Positions 27,810 to 35,642 of a DNA stretch of 64,000 nt are shown here, piece by piece. The notes below the pieces were generated by a model, which worked only from the letters and a program-made list of their open reading frames with translations, did no database searches and was not told where the DNA came from. The stretch comes from Candidatus Lambdaproteobacteria bacterium RIFOXYD2_FULL_56_26. GTDB taxonomy: Bacteria > SAR324 > XYD2-FULL-50-16. The position numbers and the translations under genes were made by a program. The stretch is from the NCBI GenBank assembly GCA_001783715.1, contig MFNF01000017.1:19366-83365 (forward strand), given 5' to 3'. The first letter of the stretch is position 1. Each line of letters starts with the position of its first letter.

Positions 27810-28508
27810 CTACAAACCGGAGTAGCTGGCAAAGCGTAGGCACATGGTGCCGGTCGAGGACCGGTAGCTAACCTTGTCGAGTACCTCGGTCTTTCCTGCC
27901 CAAACAACGGGGAGGTAAGGGATCAGCCCACACAAGGGGGCCAACTCCGGTCCTTCCTCCAAGTTTGCCACTAGGTCCGAGACCGGCAAGGGGACCGGCT
28001 CAACCGGGAAATGCCCTTGTTCGAGCAGAACCAACCTTTTGGCAGCCGGGTCGAGGTACCAACGGCTGGCACCCAAAGAGTAGATCTCTTGGAGTTGGTC
28101 CAGGCCGTTGCGCAGGCTCCCCAAGACTACTAGGCTTTCCACTTGGGAGGAGGGCACGGAGAGTTGGGAGGTAAAGCCAAGCCTTGCTTCGGCGGCAAGC
28201 GTCTTGAAGGCCTGGAGGTAGTTTTTTTGACTGATCTGCCGCCGGACCTGGGTCTCCAAAAGGCCGTGCAAGAGGCCGACCGCAAAACATTCAAAATGAA
28301 GCCCATCGGGCGATTTGACGGCAGTAACCTGTACCTCGCCGCAGGAAAAAACCTGGGTTCCCTCACCGAGGGCCAGTAAAAAGGGCTTGGAAGGATCGAT
28401 CGGTTCTTCCACCGCAAAATTCACCACACAGGGCCGCTGCCGCTCCAGGACAAGTTCAAACTCAACGGTTTGGAACGCCTGGGTTTGGTTGGAGAGCGTG
28501 ATCAACAT
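27810..28508 (-). CDS. hypothetical tail/baseplate protein (232 aa), possibly hub (gpD/gp44-like) component
   Basis: Position between the tape-measure-position gene and gp25. No motif recognised. Confidence 0.35.
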   Translation of the reverse strand: MLITLSNQTQAFQTVEFELVLERQRPCVVNFAVEEPIDPSKPFLLALGEGTQVFSCGEVQVTAVKSPDGLHFECFAVGLLHGLLETQVRRQISQKNYLQAFKTLAAEARLGFTSQLSVPSSQVESLVVLGSLRNGLDQLQEIYSLGASRWYLDPAAKRLVLLEQGHFPVEPVPLPVSDLVANLEEGPELAPLCGLIPYLPVVWAGKTEVLDKVSYRSSTGTMCLRFASYSGL

Positions 28509-28537
28509 AACAGGAACCTTTGGGGCTAAATAACGGT

Positions 28538-29245
28538 TTAGGCCTGATTTCTGGCGGCCACAAGGGAAAGGGCGGCGTTTTCGGGATTTACCTCGACCAC
28601 CCTAGGCATTCCGCTTTTGATCAACTTCTTTTGGGTTTCGTTCAGGTAAGGGACCATTTCCAAGGTCACGGTGGCCCGGTCTGCGCCAAGCTCCAGCCGC
28701 CGGTTTTTTAAGGTCACATACTGGACCCCCAATGCCCTGGTGTAGGGGTGGAGAATCTCGTAGTAATGGCCATCAAAAAAGAACCGATGGAAACTGGCCA
28801 ACCGGCTTTCCAAGGAAAAAATCTCCCCTTCGTTTGATTCGGATTCCCCCAGGGAGCCATAAAGCCAAGCCTCGACCTGAAGCAGGGTATGGCTCAGGTG
28901 TTGCGGACCGGTCTTTTGGCTGCTTTCTAGGATCGAAAGAATCCGGCCAAAAACAAAACTTTCCAGTTCGATCGCCAAACGACTGCTGGCGGAAACGGTG
29001 GCACCGATTCTTTCGGTGGCCTTTTGGCCAAAGGCGGCGATGCTGGCGAGCAGGTCTGCCTTTGGGTCCCGGGCGGCTTTGGGCTGGCTTGGAGCAAGGG
29101 TTTGGGTCAAACCTTGGGTGACCAAGGGATTCTCCACCAGCTTGCGAAGCACCAGGGGACTCTCGGAGGTGCGGTTGGTGTTTTGTTTCATGTGGTTCCT
29201 AAAAAGTTTGGTGGCTTCGACCTGATGATCGAGGCTGGGTCCCAC
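28538..29245 (-). CDS. hypothetical tail/baseplate protein (235 aa)
   Basis: Co-oriented and tightly spaced within the tail module. No motif recognised. Confidence 0.35.
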   Translation of the reverse strand: MGPSLDHQVEATKLFRNHMKQNTNRTSESPLVLRKLVENPLVTQGLTQTLAPSQPKAARDPKADLLASIAAFGQKATERIGATVSASSRLAIELESFVFGRILSILESSQKTGPQHLSHTLLQVEAWLYGSLGESESNEGEIFSLESRLASFHRFFFDGHYYEILHPYTRALGVQYVTLKNRRLELGADRATVTLEMVPYLNETQKKLIKSGMPRVVEVNPENAALSLVAARNQA

Positions 29246-29259
29246 CCAAAGTGGTGGGG

Positions 29260-30282
29260 CTAACCGGCCTGGGCTGCGGTTTGGGGCGTAATGCCCCCTT
29301 CCAATTTATAGTTGAAGGTTTGTTGGTTATAAACCTTGTGCTGGTGCTGGTGAATCTCTTGGACCAACTTGGGTTCCTGGGTCCTTCGTAGGTGCCCCGC
29401 CGTAGGTTTTCCCGGAACAAAGGTCCAGGGTTTTTGGCCTGCTGCGGTTCCCGTTCTTTGGGAGCTTTGGCCGGGTCTTACATTCCCGGTTTGGTTTGCT
29501 CCCTTGGCCGGGGAATAAATCTGCGAAAACTCCGGCGAGCCGGTCAGAGTAAACACCCCAAAGCCTGGGGGGAAAACAGACAACCCAACCGTGGCGGGTT
29601 GGCCATTCATGGGCAAAAAACTCTTGGCGAGCGAAGGACCGGGTGGCAGGTTCAACGGGAAAAGTCCCCCAATCCTTGGGCACCGGTCTGCTTGCATTGG
29701 CAGCTCTCTCGGGGCCGGGGTTGCCAAAGGGGCGAATGTTTCTTGCGGCCAAGGCTCCACCAAGCGGGGGTGAACTGGGTCCGGTACCGGAGACAGGGCC
29801 TCCGGTCGGGCCGAGAGCAGCTCCGGTTTTGGGAACCCCAATGGCAGATGCTTGGAGCAATCCAAGACCGGTTTTTTCCCAGGAAGGGCCTGGTCCCCTA
29901 CCCCCAAAACCTGCTCTTGGGGCATTGCCTTTTGGGGCTCTCTTTGGGGGACCGAAGCGGGGCTCGCCCAGGGGGTCTGGATTGAGGCCTTGGGGGTGTG
30001 GTTAAAAATCCTGGGGAGCAACACCGCCGCTTGTGGCTGGGATACAAGTTTTGGGGCGGCAGGAAACCCCTTTTGTCCTTTGGGGGCCACAAACAGTGGG
30101 GGTTCCCACAACTCGACCCAGGGGCTTTCTCCGAGCCTCCCAACCTCCGGCAAAGGCCAAACCTCCGACCAAACCGGGTCCGGAAAAATCGGCAACCACA
30201 AAGCCATTTGGGCCATAAAAGCTTCCATCACCTGGGCCAAGGTGGACTCTAAAATCGGGCCAGAATCAAGCGTTCCTTCCAT
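29260..30282 (-). CDS. Pro-rich low-complexity protein (340 aa) in the tape-measure position
   Basis: Longest frame in a region where both strands carry overlapping ORFs, which is typical of low-complexity high-GC DNA. About 20% Pro, predicted disordered. Located where Mu/P2-type clusters encode the tape measure. Confidence 0.35.
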   Translation of the reverse strand: MEGTLDSGPILESTLAQVMEAFMAQMALWLPIFPDPVWSEVWPLPEVGRLGESPWVELWEPPLFVAPKGQKGFPAAPKLVSQPQAAVLLPRIFNHTPKASIQTPWASPASVPQREPQKAMPQEQVLGVGDQALPGKKPVLDCSKHLPLGFPKPELLSARPEALSPVPDPVHPRLVEPWPQETFAPLATPAPRELPMQADRCPRIGGLFPLNLPPGPSLAKSFLPMNGQPATVGLSVFPPGFGVFTLTGSPEFSQIYSPAKGANQTGNVRPGQSSQRTGTAAGQKPWTFVPGKPTAGHLRRTQEPKLVQEIHQHQHKVYNQQTFNYKLEGGITPQTAAQAG

Positions 30283-30445
30283 AGGGCCTAGAGGTTAAAG
30301 AGGAGTTCACGAAGTGCGGATTTGTCCCTTTCTTCAAAGTGTAAGGCCAATGCGGCGGCCAGAAGAAAGGCTTCCTCGTCCAGTTGATTGGGATCGGCGG
30401 CAAGCCGGTGACGTAAAATCAGACCATTCAAGACCTCGACTTCAT

Positions 30446-30778
30446 TCAAACGCCGGTCTTGAGCTCGCCGATAATAGCCTGATTCCCCGCTAAAAAAGGA
30501 GCGAGCCGCAAAATGAGGTTGAGTTCCAAGGTGAAGTTCGTCGGGTCGTTTAAAAGTCGGACCAAGTCATTTTTCTGTTCCGGAACAACACAAAGCAAAA
30601 GCCATTTGCGGGCGGTTTCGATCCGTTTGAGTTCTCCGGCATAATAATCGGCGGCAAACTCAGCCACTTGAAGCCGGGTGAAGCCAAAGCGGAACTCAAA
30701 GTTTTCTTCCAAAAAGCGCACCGGAAGAACGGCGTTTCGGCAATGCATCATCACATTGCTTTCGGAAGTTGGGTTCAT
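30446..30778 (-). CDS. small protein (110 aa), possible tail assembly chaperone (gpE / gp41-like position)
   Basis: Between the tube gene and the tape-measure-position gene. No motif recognised. Confidence 0.3.
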   Translation of the reverse strand: MNPTSESNVMMHCRNAVLPVRFLEENFEFRFGFTRLQVAEFAADYYAGELKRIETARKWLLLCVVPEQKNDLVRLLNDPTNFTLELNLILRLAPFLAGNQAIIGELKTGV

Positions 30779-30936
30779 GGTGTCTCAAGTTGCAGCTGTA
30801 AAAAAGGGTTTGCCCAAGGGGAGGCAGGCCCTCCCCCAGGGGGCCGAGGGGAAGTCCCTCGGCCAGGGCCCGGACCAAGGTACCTTGGTCCGGGTAGGAA
30901 CCGAAGCCCATTGAGGGGACGTTCGGCCCAAAAGCC

Positions 30937-31374
30937 CTAGATGCCGCCTTTGATGGGCGGGCGTACCACCGAAACCCCGTTGACCAAAACATCGCCAGGC
31001 AAGATGGGCAATTCAAACTCAACGGCACCGCCGTTGAGTTTGTTGAGGTCGGGCAACTTGAACATCACCCGAACATTTTTCAAGGTGACCACAAAAGGCT
31101 CTTCGCCTGCGGGGCTGATGTCGAAGTTGATGAACGGAATCGGGGCGATGTCCTGCCAAGAACCGGCGGTTTTTGCCATGTTGGCGAAATGTTTCACCGT
31201 TTCTGCTTTGAGCAGGATGCTTCCCTTGGGGTCCACCCAACTTTTGGAGACCACCCCTTTTTCGATTTTGATGTAATCGGGGATCTCCAGTTTGATGGCG
31301 GTTGCGGTAATCATCTCGCCGTCGGAACTGATGATCCTCAAATCATAAGCGTCATATGCCGTTGCTCCAGCCAT
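30937..31374 (-). CDS. phage tail tube protein-like
   Basis: 145 aa, immediately downstream of the sheath gene with a 15-nt gap. Size and position typical of contractile-tail tube proteins. Confidence 0.45.
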   Translation of the reverse strand: MAGATAYDAYDLRIISSDGEMITATAIKLEIPDYIKIEKGVVSKSWVDPKGSILLKAETVKHFANMAKTAGSWQDIAPIPFINFDISPAGEEPFVVTLKNVRVMFKLPDLNKLNGGAVEFELPILPGDVLVNGVSVVRPPIKGGI

Positions 31375-31389
31375 TCTTGTCTCCTAAGG

Positions 31390-32685
31390 TTAGATTTGGT
31401 TGATCAGTTCGATCGTCGAGTCCACCACCTTGATGCGGTTGACATCGGTAAGGGTGAAGAGGATGGAAATTCCCCCGGTGATCCAAGCGGTCGAAAGACT
31501 GTAGTCAAACAGCTCGCGGCTTTTGCCCGGAACCGGCTTTTTCATTTCTTCCAAACCCCGAGCGGCGATCTGAGCGGCCGCCATGGCCCCGCTGGCATCT
31601 TTGTTGAACTGGTTGGAGTTGATCAGGGGGAAGGCATAAAACAAGATGCCCCGCTTGGCCTTGTTGACCACCCGCCGTTGGGCCAAGGTAGTGACGGTAT
31701 CGGTGACCGAGTGCATGACCAAGTCGTCGTTGACGTAAACCGCCGAGGGATCTTCCACAAACCGTTTGAGGAACAGGCCCCGCCCTTCGTCTAGAACCAC
31801 GTATTGGGAATGGCCATAGCGGCTGTCGGTGGAAACCCCGACCATTGAACCATCGAGCACCTTGCCCAAAGAGGATTGGACTGGAATCCGAGCCAACCGA
31901 CCTCCAATGGCACCCATCCACTTGTCTTGGGTGGTCGGAGCCAAAATAGCCACCGAGCTGGAAGCAAAGGTCAAAAACTCGGCCTTAAAATTGGCGGCAT
32001 AAGAAGTGGGGGTTTCCTCCACTTTGTCACCGGCACCCCAAGTGTGGGCCACAGAGGACAAAGTGATGCCGATGGTCCCGGCGTTGGCATCCACCGAAGC
32101 GATGGGGTGCAGCCCAGCGAAGGGATTGGAACCTTGGATTTCAACGGTTTGTCCGACTTTGAGGTCGTGGCCCACACCGATGGTTAAGGTCAACTCGGTC
32201 GGAACGGTGGTAAAGTCGGCCGTCCCGGTTTGAGCCACATGGTAGGCTTTGCGGTACTGGATCACTGCCTCGAAGTACTGCTTTTGCGCTTCTTGGGCAG
32301 CGATGGCGCTACCCAGAGCATCGGCAAAAGCCAGATCCGCTGGGGACAGGAAGAACAGGGTGGAAACCTGATGGTTGGCTGCCAAATCGGCGATTTGGGC
32401 GGCCAAATTTGCGGCAATCAACTGGCCGGGAGCAACCAAGTAAACAACAGCCCAAAAGTTGGAGTTGCCGTTTGCCTGGGCGGTTTGAAGCTCAGAGATC
32501 AATGAGGCGCTACCGGCGAAGGTAGCCGAAAGGTCGGAGGTAAGGTCGATCACATACATTCCGGTCATGCTGGGGTGCTCGGCAAAATAGGCCTGTTTGA
32601 ACTCTTGGCCTTGGGGTGCCGATGCTCCGCCGGAGGTGATCTCTTGCAGGGTGATTCCGGTAACGGTCATTGGGTTTTTCTCCAA
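31390..32685 (-). CDS. phage tail sheath protein-like
   Basis: 431 aa; largest structural protein at the head of the module, followed by the tube gene. C-terminal ...ILFTLTDVNRIKVVDSTIELINQI. Assignment by context and size. Confidence 0.5.
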   Translation of the reverse strand: MEKNPMTVTGITLQEITSGGASAPQGQEFKQAYFAEHPSMTGMYVIDLTSDLSATFAGSASLISELQTAQANGNSNFWAVVYLVAPGQLIAANLAAQIADLAANHQVSTLFFLSPADLAFADALGSAIAAQEAQKQYFEAVIQYRKAYHVAQTGTADFTTVPTELTLTIGVGHDLKVGQTVEIQGSNPFAGLHPIASVDANAGTIGITLSSVAHTWGAGDKVEETPTSYAANFKAEFLTFASSSVAILAPTTQDKWMGAIGGRLARIPVQSSLGKVLDGSMVGVSTDSRYGHSQYVVLDEGRGLFLKRFVEDPSAVYVNDDLVMHSVTDTVTTLAQRRVVNKAKRGILFYAFPLINSNQFNKDASGAMAAAQIAARGLEEMKKPVPGKSRELFDYSLSTAWITGGISILFTLTDVNRIKVVDSTIELINQI

Positions 32686-32784
32686 TTGAGGGTTGTTGTT
32701 GGTTCACAAAGTGGAACCGGACGAAAGGGGGAAGAGAGGCCCCCCGGCCTATCAAAGCTTCCTTTTTAACCGGAAAAGGAGCGC

Positions 32785-33219
32785 TTAAATTCCAATCAGA
32801 TCCTCCCGCTCCAAAGCTTTGTATTCGACTCCCTTGTAGAAAATTCGGCTGTCTGCAGGGATCGAAGCCAGTTCTTCGGGAAGAATCAAACTCCAGCTCA
32901 GCCGCTCGACCAGCCGGAGCAAAAAGACGACCTTCAGGTGCAGCGAATCGACCTCGGTGGCGCTTTGGGAAAAACTTTCTCCAAGATGCCCATAAAGGGC
33001 GAACCATTCCTTGACCAACAAACTTAGGCTCAAGTGGTCTCGGGTTTTGTGGACCGGGTTGATTTCCAACTTGACCTGGTAAAGTTGGTCGATTTGTTTG
33101 GGGGTGGCACCGACCTCATAACCTTGGGTCTCTACGGACAAAATTAAAGGGACAAAGCTGGGGGCGGTGACCCCCGAATTGGCCACCAAGAAGTCAATCA
33201 AACTTTGGGCACGTTGCAT
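32785..33219 (-). CDS. hypothetical protein, first gene of the tail-like module (possibly DUF4255-like or tail completion)
   Basis: 144 aa. IDQLYQVKLEINPVHKTRDH loosely resembles the DUF4255 LfLYdirEN..lR block. Weak. Confidence 0.3.
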   Translation of the reverse strand: MQRAQSLIDFLVANSGVTAPSFVPLILSVETQGYEVGATPKQIDQLYQVKLEINPVHKTRDHLSLSLLVKEWFALYGHLGESFSQSATEVDSLHLKVVFLLRLVERLSWSLILPEELASIPADSRIFYKGVEYKALEREDLIGI

Positions 33220-33499
33220 CTTCGCCTCAACGGGAAGTTGTTTTTTTGAACTGGTGAGGTAGGTTTATCCCGGCTGTTTTGGATTTCTAAGGTGGAACGC
33301 CTTCCGTATTTTTTATTGTGCCCTTTGTTTTTTGGCCCAAAACCGTTAAAATCACCGGAGGTACCGGCTTGGCACCCAGGTGCGGCACCGGGGAAAAAAA
33401 CAAAAAAAGTTCCTGTTGGAGTCAAAGGACCGGTGGTCGCACCGGCAAGAGGGAGGTGTGGAAGAGAAGCAGGAGGCTTGGGCGACTCAAAGGGAGGAG

Positions 33500-34102
33500 A
33501 TGGTAAGGCTCCAGCTCCAACGCAGGGGGATTGTGGACCTGGAGGTGTTGAGGGCCATGGCCAAGGTCCCCCGGCATTTGTTTGTTCCCAAAGAGGAACG
33601 GGCGTTGGCCTACCAAGACCAGCCGCTGGAGATAGGCTGGGGGCAGACGATCAGCCAGCCGTACATGGTGGCCTTGATGAGCGAGAGTTTACAGGTGGAG
33701 ACAGGGGCAAAGGTGCTGGAGATTGGAGCCGGGTCGGGCTACCAAAGTGCGGTTCTGCTGGAGCTGGGTTGTCGGCTTTATACGGTTGAGCGGATTGCCG
33801 CCCTGGTGGAACTGGCCCGTTCCAACCTTAAAGCGGCAGGGTACAACGACTTCGGATTGTTCCACCAAGACGGCTACGAGGGCTACCTGAGGGCAGCGCC
33901 CTTCGGGGGAATCCTGGTCGCAGCTGCTGCCCCGGCCCTACCGGTCGAGCTGGTAATGCTCCTCAAGCCAGGGGCCAGAATGGTGATTCCGGTCGGGGTT
34001 TGGGACCAGGAATTGCTGGAGATCAGGCGGACCGAGCAGGGCTACCGGATCAAACGGCTTGGTGCCGTTCGGTTTGTACCCCTGCTTCACGGCCTAGCCT
34101 AA
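33500..34102 (+). CDS. pcm: protein-L-isoaspartate O-methyltransferase
   Basis: Start reassigned to ATG 33500 (MVRLQLQRRGIVD...) behind an agggagga RBS; 200 aa. AdoMet motif VLEIGAGSGYQSAVL; ...RAMAKVPRHLFVP; isoAsp-binding region. Confidence 0.88.
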   Translation: MVRLQLQRRGIVDLEVLRAMAKVPRHLFVPKEERALAYQDQPLEIGWGQTISQPYMVALMSESLQVETGAKVLEIGAGSGYQSAVLLELGCRLYTVERIAALVELARSNLKAAGYNDFGLFHQDGYEGYLRAAPFGGILVAAAAPALPVELVMLLKPGARMVIPVGVWDQELLEIRRTEQGYRIKRLGAVRFVPLLHGLA

Positions 34103-34926
34103 TCTTCCAAGTTCTTGATGACCAATACCGAACAGTTGGCGTGGTGCATCACATATTTGGTGTTGCTGCCCACCAAAAGTTGCTCGACCAACCCGTGTTT
34201 GTTGGGAGCCAGGGCGATCAACCGGGCGTTGAGTTTTTCCTGCCGGTAAAGGATCTGCTCGTAAGGCTTACCCATCAACACTTCCTGCTTGTAGGCGCTG
34301 GTCAGCCCAAAGGCGGCAAGGAAGCTTTCAAGCTTCTTGGCTTCAGCCTCTTTTTGCCGTTCCGACTCCAAAGCGTCCCACTCCCAACCGGTTTCCATGT
34401 TGTAGTGGGCAAACTCGGGGAAGCTGAACACATGCAAAAAATGCAGGGTCAAACCCATTTTTTGGGCCAAGTCGTCACAAAACCGGATCACCTTCTGGTT
34501 GACCTTGGAATAGTCCACCGGGACCAGGATCAGGTCCTTCAGGTCTTGGGCAGACCGTTTGTAGACAAACAGGTTGGATTTGCAGAGGTTAACCACATAA
34601 TCGGTGTTGCTGCCCAACAGAATGCGGGACATCATCGAGTGGGAGTGGGCCGCCATCATGATCAGCCAAGGCTTGAGCACCTTTTCCTGTTCCACGATCT
34701 CTTGGGCCGGGTTGCCGAAAGAGGCAACGGCCCGGTATTCGGCGGTAATCTTTTCGGCCGCCAGGACCGATTCCAAGAGCGACTGGTCTTCGTGGTTGCG
34801 CTGGACGGGGTTGACCTGTAGGAAATTGAGCTGTGCTTCAAACATTTTTCCCCAGTGCTCCGCTAAATGGATCACCTCGCGACCGACCGGGCTAGAATCG
34901 AGAGGGATCAAGATCTGCCGTTTCAT
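34099..34926 (-). CDS. universal stress protein, tandem UspA domains
   Basis: Two Usp-like halves (ILIPLDSSPVGREV... and LILVPVDYS...), each ending in a G-rich ATP-binding-like segment (VLLGSNTDYV / LLVGSNTKYV). Confidence 0.8.
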   Translation of the reverse strand: MKRQILIPLDSSPVGREVIHLAEHWGKMFEAQLNFLQVNPVQRNHEDQSLLESVLAAEKITAEYRAVASFGNPAQEIVEQEKVLKPWLIMMAAHSHSMMSRILLGSNTDYVVNLCKSNLFVYKRSAQDLKDLILVPVDYSKVNQKVIRFCDDLAQKMGLTLHFLHVFSFPEFAHYNMETGWEWDALESERQKEAEAKKLESFLAAFGLTSAYKQEVLMGKPYEQILYRQEKLNARLIALAPNKHGLVEQLLVGSNTKYVMHHANCSVLVIKNLED

Positions 34927-35084
34927 GGTGCCTCCATGGACCTTTGGGATAAGAAGCCAAGTGGCAAAGGCCTCCTTTTAGGTAAAGGGTATCACAAAGG
35001 GTAGCAAAATCAAGAAATCTTGCAGCAATAATGGGGGTATCGCCGTGGAGGGGCGGTGGACAGAGGGCGGAGGGGATGCAGGGG

Positions 35085-35480
35085 CTAGAAGTAGGAAATG
35101 TCGTGGTCTTTGTGAATCTCGTCAAACATCAGGGCCAACCAGGTTTCCTCCAGTTTGCTCAAACCATTGTCTCCCGGCAGGGCCTGCACACCCAGGTGGG
35201 TGATGCCGTCTTCCCCTTTCCATTTGCCCCGGACGATCACCTGCAAAACAACGTTGTCGTCAAACTGCAATTCTTCACATTCAAAGATCACGGACAACTG
35301 CTGTTCTTTTTCGACGAAGTCTCCCTCGCCCATGCTGATTTTCAGGCCATTGGCGGAGATGTCTTCGATGGTGGCGGTGGTGGACGCACCGGTATCCGGC
35401 CGTTTGAGCAAAGCTGCAAACTGTCTTTGGATGCGGGAATTCCTCCGCTGCTCCATCATTCCGCCGGATTTCTTGTTCAA
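35085..35480 (-). CDS. PilZ domain c-di-GMP-binding protein
   Basis: RRNSRIQRQ (RxxxR) followed by DISANGLKI (DxSxxG), which are the PilZ signature motifs. Confidence 0.75.
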   Translation of the reverse strand: MNKKSGGMMEQRRNSRIQRQFAALLKRPDTGASTTATIEDISANGLKISMGEGDFVEKEQQLSVIFECEELQFDDNVVLQVIVRGKWKGEDGITHLGVQALPGDNGLSKLEETWLALMFDEIHKDHDISYF

Positions 35481-35642
35481 GGCTCCCCCACCTTGTTTTG
35501 GTACATTTTTTTACGGACTGGTCCGCCTGAAAAGCATACCTGAACCGCATCTAAAAGCAATTGGTGTTAGCCCGTAGGGAAAAGACCTAGGGCCAGCAAG
35601 GCTTGGCTTCAGTTAAACTTGCAAACACCGGACCAGCTTGGC

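Noticed and set aside
29260-30300. multiple overlapping ORFs on both strands (e.g. 29392..29985 +, 29852..30298 +, 29327..29860 -)
   Set aside because: Low-complexity GC/Pro-rich DNA generates open frames on all strands. Only the longest co-oriented frame was kept, and that one only at low confidence.
33380-33499. 120-nt N-terminal extension of the pcm ORF
   Set aside because: Lys/Arg-rich, not found in Pcm proteins; the ATG at 33500 has a strong RBS and gives a canonical ~200-aa Pcm.
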